Below are positions 1 to 13,670 of a stretch of 64,000 bases of DNA, piece by piece. A program made the translations under genes and the position numbers. Where the stretch lies: assembly GCF_009914755.1 (NCBI RefSeq), contig NC_060931.1, one strand, 5' to 3'. The notes below the pieces were generated by a model. That model was not told the origin of the DNA and ran no database searches. It worked only from the letters and a program-made list of their open reading frames with translations. The stretch's first letter is position 1, and every line of letters starts with the position of its first letter. This stretch comes from the human T2T-CHM13v2.0 reference genome, Homo sapiens.

Positions 1-1180
1 CTAAGTATTTTTTCCTATTGTCCATTTTCCTCCCATCTTTTAGTTTTTTGGTAGCATAAGCAAGATATGTGGGCTTTAAAAATCGTATGTAAGTGCATTA
101 TAAACATTATTTTTTCAATGGACATATCAAATGTCAATACAGTACTCTTAGTCTGTAGGATATACATATTAATTTTAAAACATAAGACTTATGAACATTT
201 TCTAAATACCAGAAATACTTGAAATAAACTTTTGAAAACAAGGTTGAAACTATTAAAACTAAAATTCCTATGATAAAGAAGAATAATTTTCAAAGGCCTC
301 CAGGTTAGCAATTCATTTTCTGCACAGAAACCATGTTTAATTTATAAATTAAAAAAAGTAAAAGTGGCTGCAGAAACAAATAATATTTTAATTTATTTGG
401 AGCTCTCTAAATCCTCTTACGGAACTGGTTGATTATAATATATGAGCACAGGAGGAGGTCAATATAAATTAACTTATGATAAGTTTTGAATTTTTAAGGA
501 TAAATTATTTTCTGAGTTGAGTATTTTCTTTTCAAACATAATATTTTAGTAGTAGAATTTTTACAGTAGAAAAACATATCAAAAATATGTATGTATTATT
601 TTCAAGATACTCTCTATTTATATCCTAGAAAATATTCAGCTATAAAACTTCAACAGTCTTGATTGAATTCAAGGTAACAAAGCACTGAATAGAATAATAA
701 ATTAGTGTCTAAGTGTTTAGACCTCATAAAACGTATTTTGAGGCATTTAAATATTATACATATTGTTATTATATCTAATACATCTGACTAAAAATAAAGT
801 AGGTAACTGATCATAGGAACACCAGACATATTATTTTTTATTCTGCCTGAAAAAGGTCTTAAGTTCCAAATATGCTCCCCTTTTCCAATATAGGAGACAG
901 TCCTACAATTGTGTTTTTCAAATGTTTGTAGGAATCATGCACTTAATTCAGAGAGAAATAGTATGCTGACAAGTGTGGTACCTGATATCAATGCTAGGGT
1001 ATTTTCCCATACTTTTAATCTCTATACTATCCTCTACTTCACACCTTGTACACACAAACTTACAGATGAGTATGTGTGCATGCCCAACATGCATGCACAT
1101 ACACACACACATTCTGCATAACTGATGAATGGTTAGATTTTTTGTCATTGTGGTCATCTGACCTCTGAGTGTGTCTTATG

Positions 1181-1208
1181 TCCTCCTCCTCCTCCTCCTC
1201 TTCCTCCT
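1181..1208. repeat. (TCC)n microsatellite
   Basis: tcctcctcctcctcctcctcttcctcct read directly. Confidence 0.9.
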
Positions 1209-3224
1209 TTTGCTTATAATGCTAAAACTAAAAGGAAACAATAAGGGTGTATTCAGGACATAGTTCTGCCATGCTTATGTTGAATGGCACATATTAAAGA
1301 ATTGAAGCATGAACCTCTTAAGCTAAAAAAAAATTCTTATGCCTGATATTGCTGCATCTAGTTTTCTTTTAAAAGGTGTATTGGAATAAGTAAGAATTAA
1401 AGGTCCTTAGAACAAAAGACATTAATAAGAGTTCATGTTTGATAAATAGTGTCTTTTGTCCTACCTCAGGACAAGTCTATTTTTTTACCCTATTTATCCT
1501 TATGAAATATCATAATAGTTATTACAAGACAGAATTCAGCTAGTATATATTTTATGAAACCAAGACTTGAAGAATATTATAAATAACTTCAAAATTTATA
1601 CATTGGTTTTAAATGGAAGTTACTAACAAGATAGCTTCCACAAATAGATTAGAAATCTAGAAGACAGGGAAGAAATAGGATAAAATAGTTCATGAATGTT
1701 CACATAGAAGTCAGATCTTTAAATAAAAGTACAAAGTAGACTTTATAGCTTAGCAGTGCAATTCGCTTTGCCCTAAGGTAACTTTCACTGAAATACTTAA
1801 ACTACTACTGCTGTTTTGGGACAAGATTAAGATTGCTATTTGGGGCTAATTGCCAGGATGTAAGATCAAATTAATATGGTACAAAACTCATAGCCTCATC
1901 CAGTGTTACAAACTGGAACAAGTCATTTTAGAACTAATACAACCTAGCAATGTTTAACTGAATCAGAGTTTAGTAACATGAGCCAGCTCGACAACTTCCA
2001 GGGCAGAAGAGCCAATCATGAAATAACATTTACTAACTGAACCAGACAAAGGGAGAACAACCTATCAGGTGGGATGCATCACCACACGATTATTGCAAAA
2101 CCACCACCTGGACTTACAGATCTAGGCCAACTGGGTAACCATTTTAAACACGATCTAAAATGTTAATACTGTGTCTCATTGTTCATTGATTCACTTGCAG
2201 CTGAAGGGCCAAACCAAATGAGAGGAAAATTGGAGACTATGTTTTAAAAGATCAATGTAGCCACTTTCTTGAACTGAATATCAAAAAATAAGACTCTTGT
2301 ATTGAATATAAATTAGGTAAATACTGTGACAGTTAAAGCCTCTTTCCCCCTGCAGCTCACAATTCCTGCTTTTCTTTTAAGGTTGGCAAAGTATTTCCTT
2401 TGTTTCTGTCTAATCTGCAGTCCTTATTTCTATTTATGCTAAGCTCATATTCTTCGCTCACATCATGATACTAAACAGGAGATGATTTCTTAACAGAGAT
2501 AAATATTATTTTTACTAAGGGAATTAAAACTGCAAAGCACAATCATACAAACAATCAATATTAACAAAATAAAAAAGATAAAGTAAGCAAGCAAGAAATA
2601 ATTCAATTTTCATACTTTTACAAAGCTCTTCAGAATTATTATTTTCAAGCTGTTAGATAAAGCCATGATAAATTAGAACCACTCTTCCTAATATTCACTT
2701 TATCTCCTAAATTGCATTTTGCCTAGAAAAAAGCTTAAATGTATCTTAAAATATTGTATTAAAGAATGATAAAAGAAATATCTGTTCCTGGGCCCTCTAT
2801 AACTTACATCTAAAAAACAAATATCAGGTATAGGTCTGTTCTCTTTGGTTAATATTTCTAGAAAAACTAACCCATAAATCATGTCCATAACTTGTAGTTA
2901 AGAAATGTAGCTGGATAGGAGATTTTCAGGGACTAATAGAGGAATTTGCTTAATTTTTACACATTTACAAACAATCTTTGGTCAATTAGCTTATGTGAAG
3001 TATTTTTTTGAAGGATGAAAGTATGAGAATTGTAAGAAGCTGATATCAATCCTGTTATGTCATACTTTACCAACATGACTTCAACAATTAATTGCCAAGC
3101 ATTTTATTTAAATAGTATTTCTATGTGAGTTGAACATTCAAGTGGCAGTTTAAAAATTCTATCTTTCGAATGCTTACTAGGTTGTCTGAGGGTCCTGTCA
3201 AGGAATAAAAGATGCTTTGATCTT

Positions 3225-3350
3225 TTATTCAGCAAGCATCAAGTACCTGCTTGGCTGTGAGGTAACTAGAAAAGAGAATGTGCATAACAAGTGGCGCATG
3301 ACTTCAAGGAGTGTAGTTTGACAGAAGACAAAAATATGAACCAATGATCA
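3225..3350 (-). mobile_element. L2 LINE 3' fragment (ancient)
   Basis: ttattcagcaagcatcaagtacctgc...acttcaaggagtgtagtttg resembles the reverse complement of the L2 3' end. Confidence 0.45.
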
Positions 3351-6124
3351 TCATGACAAAAGCATGGTAGCCTGGAAAATAGAAAGATATCAAAAAATTA
3401 AGATACAGATTTCTGAACCATTGAATGTTATCCTTAATAGGTCGCTTACTACTTATCTAAGATCTCAAAGAAAATATATGGACAAAAGATATGGTCAACA
3501 AACAAGTAAAAAGCCAAACTGCTTCCACTTGAAGCTTTGATATAAAATACCTTTTTAGATTTTGGCATGACTGGCCCACACAGAAACTTCTCTTTCTGAG
3601 GATAGTGACTAGCTTAAGGCTGACAATCAAAGTGGACAAGATATTTCCTTTGGCCTATTTGTTTTAAAATATACACCTGGACTTTAGCCCTTTCTAGCCC
3701 TCCATGCTGGTGAATAAAAGACCAGTCCAAGAAGACCAGTAATCCATAAAGAAAATGCAAATGGAAAAGTAGGATGAGGAAGTGTTTTGCCCCATGCCTT
3801 GCAAAGATCTGGCCTTTGGCTTTTGCCCTAGATACTAGCACTCTGAGGAAACAGGATCAATATCAGTTTGCTTACATCTTAGCATGGAAAGGAGGGTCTC
3901 AGTAGGCAGGTGATATTAATGCTGGATCTTCCCAGGTCTTCTAGGAAAAAATGCAAGTCTATTAAGAGACCAAATCCACATGAAAAGATCATAGTACTTG
4001 TATAATTTGGAGAAGCACTCCTATTTTGGGGGTAGAACAACACAAACTGAGAAAAAGGGAGAACTGTGTACTTCCCTATGGGCTAATAGATCATAACAGA
4101 GAAATATACAAAATGCTATGATGGTTTGGTTGGGAATTCAGGGTTAAAGTGATCTTCCTGGAGAAGTCAGTAAAGGCTTCAACTAAGAGGAAAAGCTCCA
4201 AAATAGTAATCCCAAATATTCCTCATGACCAGATGTGTGTATCTGAGCAAATAGACCTGCTAATTAGAAACATCCCTGTGTATCTATTTAGTGTTGTACT
4301 TTTATCTGCGTGTACAATAATTGTATTACTTTCAGATACATCCTTTTGGGAACTAACATTGCCCACAACAACTTTATCTGGATTATATTGATTTGTTGTG
4401 CTGCCTTTTCCTTGGATGAACTTTGAGTGATTTGCATTTTTATTATAATATCCCCTGAGAATAGTAGTGAGTGTTGATTTGTGGAGACCCAAAATTATTC
4501 AAAACTGTTTTGGCATGATTGTGAGTGAGACTGTAAAAACATTAGATGCACTTGCCTCGCCCTCTGATCCTGCCACTGGACATGTCTACATGTTAAAATG
4601 AAATGAGGATACATTGAAGGCACTAGATTTAGAATCAGGAAATCTCAGTCACAACTTCTACACCTATAGATTTAGAAATAGAAAAATTACACCATTCTTC
4701 TATTAAGCTCTGTTTTAGGATTTGATTTTCTCTCACAGAATTATGATCATCAAACAAAAGAAATGCAAATGAAATTTTATGTTTGTATAAGCTAGTTTAT
4801 TATTAATAGAATAGCATCCATTACATTATCACTTTCTTCCTGAGTTCAGTTTTTGGAATTATATGTATAAAGTTAATGGAAATTTTACAAGTTAGATGAA
4901 AGATGGCACTAAGGCAGAGAATTAGGATATAGATGGGTAAGATAATAAATATATTCAGCCTAAGACTTCTTCACTAAAATATTAAGTGTAGTCCTGTACT
5001 TTACCTCTAAAAAATGAAAGTAAGAAGGAAAACAAAGTAGTAAAATTTATAATGACAACATATTCACAGTCTTTAATAAAACAAAAACATTTCCATACAG
5101 TGAACTTTGGCTTTGAAACTGATTGTATTTTATTCACAGATTTCTCAAAAATTAATAGACATTAAAGGAGAGAATTGTGTTTTAATACACTAGGAATATC
5201 TACTGCAAATGGAAAAAAGATCTATAGGCATGCAGTAGTTATACAATAATACACATATGTCAAAACTATTAAATGAATCTGTTTCTGTTCCTACATATAA
5301 TAAAAACTGATAGTGGTTCTTTTCAGCCTGATTTTTGCTTTAAAGAGGATATTCTTTATCAGTTAAATAAAAATTAAAATTAAATAAAAAATTTTAATAG
5401 AATTATCCACTTGTTATAATCTATGTTTTAAATCTTGTTAATATACACAAAACATACCCAGGTTTTAATTATGGCATATAAGTTTGAGAGCTATTTGCTG
5501 CACAATTATGAGTAATTCTATTTTTTTCACCAAACATAAGTCATTAACAATTATCCCCCCTTTCTCTCTTTCAGTTAAATTCAATATAAAACACTAAAAT
5601 ATCTTAGATGTATAAATATACCCCAATATCAACTCCTTATTACAGGTAACATCAAAGTGAAGTATTAGTAGTTAACATGACAAATATCTAAATAAACCAT
5701 GCATGATATACAACATATCTAAGTTGCTCATTTTTAGCATTCTCAGGTCCCCTCTCTCTCTCTCTCTCTACTTTTCGGTCTCTCTGTGTGCGTGTATAAA
5801 TAACATATGTATTATACTTAATACATATATGTTATATTTACATAGTAAACATATTGGAAATGTAAATATGATATAAATAGAAAACAAAGTATATTTTATA
5901 TATTTAAATCTCAAAAATTTAAATACAAATAAAATAAGAACATACATTTTAAAATTATAACTTGGATTTTCAATTAATAGGAACAGAATGACTAACAGTA
6001 TTCAGTTCATATTTCATCTGTTTACTCAATTTACTGCCAATATAAGTATTGAATAAAAAATTATTTCAGGATAGGATTAAACAATGATTAGAAAGAGATG
6101 ATTGATGTGTGCATATTTAGAAAC

Positions 6125-6335
6125 ATTATGTCCTCCTAGTGAACTGATCAGTGTAATGTTCCTCGGTCTCTGGTAATTTTCTTTGCTCTGATATCTATTT
6201 TATCTGATATTATTATAGTCACTCATGCTTTATTAATGTTTGCATGCATCTTTTTTCAATTGTTTTCACTTTTAATATACTTACGCCACTGAATTTGAAG
6301 TGAATTTCTTATAAACAGCATATATTTGGGTCATT
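6125..6335 (-). mobile_element. Old L1 (L1M) ORF2 endonuclease-region fragment
   Basis: tctattttatctgatatt...tttcttataaacagcatatatttgggtc is typical antisense L1M. Confidence 0.7.
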
Positions 6336-6626
6336 TGTCACAAATAACAAATTTATTCATTTTTTAAGGTTGAATAGTATTGTATATATGCCTCCCATTA
6401 TATTTCTATTGAATGAGGTAGTTCTAGGTAGTGCTACCTTGGCTTTGTCAATAGGAATGCTAGCAGCATGAAACTGACTTAACCTGGGTATGACTTTTGA
6501 TGGCAGTCTATAAAACTTGTATCATTAAACACTGTTGATCGTGGTTAAAGCAAATCATCTTTTTTGTTCTCTAAATCTCTATTGCAGCTCAAGTTATTAT
6601 TGGCTCTCTCTTAGTAGAATAGTAAG

Positions 6627-6990
6627 TGATATGGTTTGGCCATTTGTCCCCACCCAAATCTCATCTTGAATTGTAATCCCCACTTGTCAGGGAGAGACCT
6701 GGTGGGAGGTGATTGGATCGGGGGGCAGTTTTCCCCATGCTGTCCTCGTGATAGCAAGTGAGTTTTCATGAGATTTGATGGTTTATAAGCAACAGTTTCC
6801 CCTGCACTTGTCTCTCTCTCCTGCCACCTTGTGAAGAGGTACCTGCCTCCCCTTCCCCTTCTGCCATGATTGTAAGTTTCCTGAGGCCTCCCCAGCACAT
6901 GCAAAATTGTGAACCAATTAAACCTCTTTTATTTATAATTACCCATTCTTGGTTAGTATCTTTACAGCAGTGTGAAAACTGGCTAATATA
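6627..6990 (+). mobile_element. THE1D-like solo LTR (ERVL-MaLR)
   Basis: Starts tgatatggtttgg...cacccaaatctcatcttgaattgtaatcccc and ends gcagtgtgaaaactggctaatata; 5-bp TSD gtaag/gtaaa. Confidence 0.9.
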
Positions 6991-7164
6991 GTAAAAAGAA
7001 CAATTACAGAAGGGAAATAGTGTGTAAAACTTTGGTAATGGCAAGCAAACCTGAGAATAATTTATCTTTTTATGTAGTTTGTCCTGATCTAGGTTTTAAA
7101 GATAGGATACATTCAAAGATGGGACAAGACCGTGACATCATGCTGAGTTTAGTCCTGAAAGTGG

Positions 7165-7420
7165 TTAGTATTTATTCAATATTTTTGTATTAGAGGTTAC
7201 TGTATGCCAGGCATTGTAAAGGTGCTAAATATTCCCAAAGAAATAAGAAAAAGGAATGGTATCAAACTTCACAAACTTTAAAGACAAATAGAGGGAACAT
7301 ATAAACATATATGTGCAAATATAGGGTGAATGGATTTGTAATAAGCAAATGTACAAATCATACTGGGTAATAAAATCCAGAAACGGACATCTCTGCTTGA
7401 GGTTGGGACACATGGTTGCA
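7165..7420 (-). mobile_element. L2 fragment
   Basis: tttattcaat...actgtatgccaggcattgtaaaggtgct resembles antisense L2 3' end. Confidence 0.55.
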
Positions 7421-8015
7421 AGGGATCACACAATCTATTACCTTTAGAGATTTTTCAATAGGCCAATGGAAACAAGAAAATGAATTTTTCTAGGCAATGC
7501 CAAATCACTGGCATCATGTTCATTATACTTATAGTGATGTTTTTTAGAGGAGCTGGCATTCACAGCAATACTTTCCAAAGGGAAAAAAAGTTTACATTCT
7601 GTCTAGGTCACTGGTTTCCAATTGTGATGAAAATATTTAATTTCAAGTGTTAAAAGAGATAATTCAAACCATTTTTAAACATTATTTTCTCTTCCAAAGT
7701 TATTGTACATTTTAGATGCCAAGGAACTATGACTCAGAAGATGATACGTTTCAGAAAAATCACAGTTATTAATGATACAAAGAAGATCAAATCTTAGGGA
7801 GGTTGACATGTTTAGATCCCAAATGGAAATAGCATTTAGCATTATGGTAGAACTAAGGTTCAGGAGGAGTTATAAGTCAAGAGAATGCTATCACTGAGAA
7901 AAATAAGGTGACATACAACATGTGAACATGACTCAATGAACTGTGAAAAATCAATAAACAAAAATTGCCTGTCTTACAGAAAAATGTAAGAGGTGCAAAT
8001 GAAATAACAACTTCT

Positions 8016-8310
8016 GGCTGGGCATGGTGGCTCATGACTGTAATCCCAGCACTTTGGGAGGCTGAGTCGGGTGGATCGCCTGAGGTCAGTTCTAGACGAG
8101 CCTGGCCAACATGGTGAAACCCTGTCTCTACTAAAAATACAAAAATTAGCTGGGCATGGTGGCAGGTGCCTGTAATCCCAGTTGCTCGGGAGGCTGAGGC
8201 AGAAGAATCACTTGAACCCGGGAGGCCAGAGGTTGCAATGAGCAGAGATGGTGCCATTGCACTCTAGCTTGGGCGACAAGAGCGAGACTACGTCTCCAAA
8301 AAAAAAAAAA
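8016..8310 (+). mobile_element. AluS (Sq-like)
   Basis: Full dimeric Alu ggctgggcatggtggctca...gacaagagcgagact plus poly(A). Confidence 0.95.
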
Positions 8311-8867
8311 TCTATTGTAGCCATATTTGTCCAGGTGAATAATACTCACAGATTTTGCTGACTTTTCCTCAAAGGCTATTCTTGTGGAGCTGGACCCACA
8401 TGCATGTATATACACACACACACTAACACCCAGCAACACACATTTTCCTTTGTTTGCAAAATTGTTCTTTCTTCCTCCAAGTCAAAATTATCTTCCACCA
8501 TATTATTGTATTAAATTTATGACCACAAACCTGTGGTGGATTTTTCTCATCTAAGCATTAATTAAACATTTTTTTATTTTTAAAGATTATGTCACATGCA
8601 TTAATAAGCTGTCCTGTACCTATCCCTATGCTTTGCTCTGTAGGGACTGTAAAAACTATGTACTTTCCTTCTCTCCCTTTTTTTCATTTCTTCCCCTCTT
8701 TTTCTCTGTTTTGCTTTCCTCAATTTTATGAGTATGGAATAATATAATCTATGGGGAGATCTTTTTCTCCAAGATTATTTTTAAAGATACCATTATGTTT
8801 GGCTAGGTATTCACAGTTGATTTGACAATTTAACTCATTCTTAGACAAATAATTTGTACTTGGCCAT

Positions 8868-9228
8868 TGTCATGGGATGCATGTTTGTGCCTTCCCTTCC
8901 AAATTCATATATTGAAACCCAAACCCCAATATGATGGTAATTGGAGATGGGGCCTTTGGGAGGTGATTAGGCCATGAGGGTGGAACTTCCATAAATGGGA
9001 TTAGTGCCTTATAAAAGATATATGAGAGAATTTTCTTGTTCTTTCACAACATGAGAAGATACAAGAAGTCAGCAATCTGTATCCCTCCTGTACAACCCCC
9101 CACCCCTATCCTGGCACCCCATTCTTGGACTTCCAGCCTCTCAAACTGTGAGAAATAAATTTCTGCTTTACTGTAAGCAGCTGATTCTATGGTGCTTTGT
9201 AGTAACAGCATGAATTCATAGACAGACA
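8868..9228 (+). mobile_element. MLT1A/MSTD-like MaLR LTR
   Basis: aaattcatatattgaaaccc...ggggcctttgggaggtgattag...ttggacttccagcctc...gtgagaaataaatttctg. Confidence 0.85.
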
Positions 9229-9559
9229 TTAAACTAATATTTGAAAATGGCAAATGCAAGTTTAAAATTATGCATATTGACAATTTACTAATGGAAAAAT
9301 TTATATAAAATACATACTTTTAGGAAGTCTGTGTTATAGAACATTTTTATGCACAAGAGATGGTTTAAGAAATAGTCAAGTAGTTATTACAATATTAAAG
9401 CTATGACTAAATTTTAGAGTTAGCTATTTTTAAGAATATGCTAAATAGTTAATGGAAAAATTAAGAACCCAGTGAGAAAGTTACTAATGATCTCCAAAGG
9501 CATTTACTAGAAAATTTGTTGCCAATTTACTTTATTCAGAGAGGTTTCCTTTGAGGGAT

Positions 9560-10100
9560 TGTTTTTGTTTTTTACTGCTACATAATAAATTATTACAAAT
9601 TTAGAGAATGAAAACAACACCCATTTATGATCTCACAGTTTCTCTTGGTTAAAAGTCCAGGCATGAATAAACTGTGTCTTCTGCTCAGGATGTCACTAGG
9701 CTGAAATGACAATGTCTGCCAAGGTTGTGATTTCATCCACAGATTAACATCATTTTCCAAGCCTACTTGTCAGCAGCATTCAGTTCCTTATGATTGCAGA
9801 TTGAGGCCCTCAGCTTCTAGAGGCTGTCAATCATTTTACATCACATGGCCCTCTCCACAACATGGTGGCTTGCTTCCTAAGGGCCAACAGGAAATCTCCA
9901 TCTTTGAATCTCTTCAGTAAGCTAAGACAGTCTTATATAAAGTAATGAATTCAAAGGAGTAACTGTCCCATCAACTTTACCATATTGCATTGTCTAGAAG
10001 CAAGTCACAATTCTCTACACTCAAGGTCAGGAGGCACTAGAGGAAAGGCATGGGCACTAGAGGAAAAAACATTGGGGCCACCTTAGAATTCTACCTGCCA
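9560..10100 (-). mobile_element. MLT1 (E/F-like) MaLR LTR
   Basis: aaacaacacccatttatgatctcacagtttct...tctagaagcaagtcac...ggggccaccttagaattctacctgcca. Confidence 0.8.
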
Positions 10101-10139
10101 TGAGTACTTTGCTATGGTATTCACAGTCTGTTTATCCTC

Positions 10140-11110
10140 ATCTCCAGTTTCCACTAGGACACCTCTAATTGCAAGGGAAAATATAAGTATCTAAAAGTGA
10201 CTTTAAAGAAAGGGCTTATTTTTTCTTTTTTGTTCCAAAGTTTTTTCTGTTTTGAGGTGAAATTTACTTAACATAAAATTAACTATTTTAAGGGGTACAA
10301 TTCAGTGGCATTTAGTGCATTCACAATGGTGTGCAACCACCACCTCTCTCTAGTTTCAAAACTATTTCAATACCTCAGAAAAGCATAGTGTATCCATTAA
10401 GTAATCACTCTACATTCTCCCCACTCCCATCCTCTGGGAATCATTAGTCTGTTTTCTGTTTATGAATTTTCTTATCCTGAATATTTCATATAAAAGGAAT
10501 TACACAATATGTGTTTGTTTGTGTCTGGATTTTTTCACCTAACTTAACGTTTTTGAGGTTCATCCATGTAGTGGCACATAGCTGTACATTGTTCCTTTTA
10601 ATGGCTTATTATCATATCACACTGGAAGCTGGCTATTGCAAGATTGGTTATTACAGAAATCTAGTGTTGTCATCAAGGGCCCAGGTTCTTTCCAGTTTTC
10701 TGACATTTTGATATGGTGACTTTCAACTCCAGGCTTGACTGTCCTTGTAAAAAGATAGTTGCTACAGCTCTTGATATTATGTTCCCATACAAATGCTTCT
10801 GAAGGCAAAGCAAAAGGAGAATTTCTCCTCCTACTTCTTTGTAACTGGGGAAGCAAACGATTTCCCAGAAGCCTCAGAGAGCAAAGTTTTTCTTCCTCCA
10901 CCTCCTGAGAAAGTCCTTCCTCCTAAATCACTCAGTGACAAAGAGAAATTAGAATTATCCTATTGTTTGCAAATAATATAATTCATTTCCTTGTGGTGGG
11001 GAGAGATCATCTTCCAAATATACTGCTGCCCCACATGATAGAAACTAACCATCTGTTAAAATATAAGAAAGGAATGGTTGTTGCATAGGCAAATAGCTGT
11101 GCCTGCCTAG
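10140..11110 (-). mobile_element. MLT1J/K-like LTR interrupted by an L1MB insertion
   Basis: ttgcaagggaaaa...agggcttattttt, resuming after the L1 with gtcatcaagggcccaggttctttc...gcataggcaaatagctgtgcctgcc. Confidence 0.55.
10245..10617 (-). mobile_element. L1MB-like 3' end
   Basis: ggtgaaatttacttaacataaaattaactattttaaggggtacaattcagtggcatttagtgcattcacaatg is antisense L1MB 3'UTR. Confidence 0.85.
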
Positions 11111-12296
11111 CATTCTTTATTAAAAAAATACTTTAAAAACATTTTAGTAGTAATAAAAACAGCACATACTTTATATACATAAAAAAAACAATTACTCTTC
11201 TGGCATATTTTGAGAGGCAATCTAAACTAGCAGGAACGTGCAGTGAGAGCTGTCTGGGTTATAATTCAGGTCCTTCGCTCCAAACTGAGACAGATTTCTC
11301 ATTGATATATTGGGAGAGGAAGAGACTTGCATAAGGAATAGGAGACTGTTTTAACCTCAAGCTAAGGAGAATCTGCTCCAGTGGTCAGACACTTCATTCC
11401 CAGAGTACAGAAGAAGAGGGAAAAAGTGCTATGTTAAGAATATGTGTCTTTTTACATTACAAATCCTTACTTTTCTAGTGCAAACCTGGGCATTTCTTCT
11501 AAGTTCATTAAAAATATGTTCTTTAAGGAACTGTTGTTGAACTAGAGCTTCACAAGCAAGTGTTCTTTCAGCACTGAAAAGTTGAGAATGTTGCCCTGGG
11601 CCTTCCAGGTGTGACAAATCTCAGAGACTTTTCTGGAAGGAATAAGAATCTTTAGGTTTAGTTCTAGGCATTTATAATGCTGTGAACAATAATGTCTTCC
11701 AAGAGAAATCATTGTCAGCATGAAGAGTGGATTCAAGCTATCTCAGGCACCAATGGCCTCCACGGGGCAGTGGGAGGAGAAAAAAGAGCCACTAATATTG
11801 CTGCCAAAGCACTTCATGGGAGCCACTGTTGATGGAGGTGGTAGTGAGAGCCCTGTTTGCGAGGTGAAGATGGGCCTCATTTCCTCCTTAGTCTATCCAG
11901 GGCCAGTCACCATGAGGGAGAATACGTCATGTCTAAATGCTTGATCAAGAATAGATGTGGGGTGAAAAGAGTCTGGGGATTTGGTTAATTATACACTTTA
12001 ATAAAAATAGAAATTTAAAACAGTGTGGTATAAATCCCAGTGCGACTGGAAACTCAGAAATTCCAACTGGGGACTTAAAACATCCACATGAACCATAAAA
12101 ACTTTTAATGTATTATTGGATAGGACAATGTATCTTCAGAACACTGGATGAAACACGTATAAATAACCAGTTTATATGTATCATACGAACAAGTTTTCAT
12201 AAGTCGTGGTAATATTAAAATGTCATTGGTAATTTGTCTACATTTATATCTCACCTGAAATTCTTATTCATATTTATATCATTTGTGTTAAAACTA

Positions 12297-12710
12297 TTTT
12301 TAGAGAAAATGTCTAGCCAAGCACTTTGTCCATTTTTAAATTGGTTTATTTGTTTTTAAGCGATTGAGTTATAGGAGTTTGTTATATATTTTTATACCAA
12401 CTATCAGATAAATGGTTTACAAATATTTTCCCTTCCTCTAGGTTGCCTTTTCACTCATTTGATTGTTTCTATTGCTGTGCCAAGCTTTGTACTTTATCTA
12501 ATATGTCTTGTCTATATTTGCTTTTGCTGCACGTGCTCTTGATGTCTTATCCAAGAAATCATTGCCAAGATCGATGTTATGAAACTTTTCTTCTATGTTT
12601 TCTTCTAAAAGTTTTATGATTTCAGGTCTTACATTCAAACCTTTAATCTATTTTGAGTTAATTTTTATGTGCAGGATAAGATAGAGGTCCAATTTTATTC
12701 TTCCGCATAT
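12297..12710 (-). mobile_element. Inverted 5' part of a twin-primed old L1 (L1MA9-L1MB-like)
   Basis: Antisense ORF2 3' region: gagaaaatgtctagccaagcactttgtccattttt...ttattcttccgcatat. Confidence 0.85.
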
Positions 12711-13670
12711 AGCCATTGTATATGAGAATAGGTGCTCAACATCATTGATCATCAGGGAAATGTAACTTCTAACTAGAATGAGATACCACTGCGTACTTGT
12801 TAATATGGCTATTATTGAAAAAACAAAAGATAATAAATTTTGGCAAGGATGTGGAGAAATTGGAACAATTGCACACCATTGGTAGAATATAAAATAGTAT
12901 GGAACCAGTATGAAGGTTTCACAAAGTTAAAAATAGAACTACCATATGATGTAGCAATCTGACTACTGGGTATATATCCAAAGAAAATGAAAACAGGAAC
13001 ATAAAGAAATATCTGCGCTCCTACGTTCATTGCAGTGCTATTTATAATAGCCAAATATATAATAAAAACAACCCAAATATCCAACAACAGATGAATGGAT
13101 AAATAAAATGTAATATATACATACAACGAAATTTTATTCAATCTTAAAGAGCAAGGAAATCTTATCATTTATGATACCATGGATGAACCTAGAAGACATT
13201 ATGCTGAGTGAAATATGCCAGCCTCAGAAAGAAAAATACTGTGATTCTGCTTATATAAGTTATCTAAAATAGTCAAATGCTTAGAAGCAGAGATTAGAAT
13301 GGTAGTTGCCAGTGGCTGGGGGGAAGGAAAATGGGGCATTGTTTCATAGACATAAGTTTCAGTTAAGCAAGACAAATTCTAGAGATCTACTGTACAATAT
13401 ATTACCTATAGTTAACATCACTACTTATTGTTTACTTGAAAATTTATTAAAAGAGTAGATCTCATGTTAAGCATTCTTAACACACACACACACACACACA
13501 CACACGACAGAAAGAAAGTTTTAGATGTGATGCATATGTTTATTAGTTTGATTGTGGTGATACTATCATGATTGTATGCATGTATCCAAACTCATCAAGT
13601 TAGATACATTAAACATTTACAGTTTTTTGAGGTATAATATTAAGTTATATCTCAATAAAGCTGTTGAAAA
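12711..13670 (+). mobile_element. Sense 3' part of the same L1, with internal (CA)n and AATAAA end
   Basis: tgctcaacatcattgatcatcagggaaatg...aaaatagaactaccatatgat...ctcaataaagctgttgaaaa. Confidence 0.9.

Noticed and set aside
7877-8439. ORFs of 97-126 aa here, and similar ones at 24141, 40531-40867, 44960-45269 and 47151
   Set aside because: These are standard Alu-derived pseudo-peptides.
10033-10066. GGCACTAGAGGAAA repeated at 20-bp spacing; also an 18-bp repeat at 47308/47331 and a 9-bp repeat in the THE1 near 15235
   Set aside because: Isolated two-copy slippage duplications inside LTR remnants; not arrays and nothing CRISPR-like.
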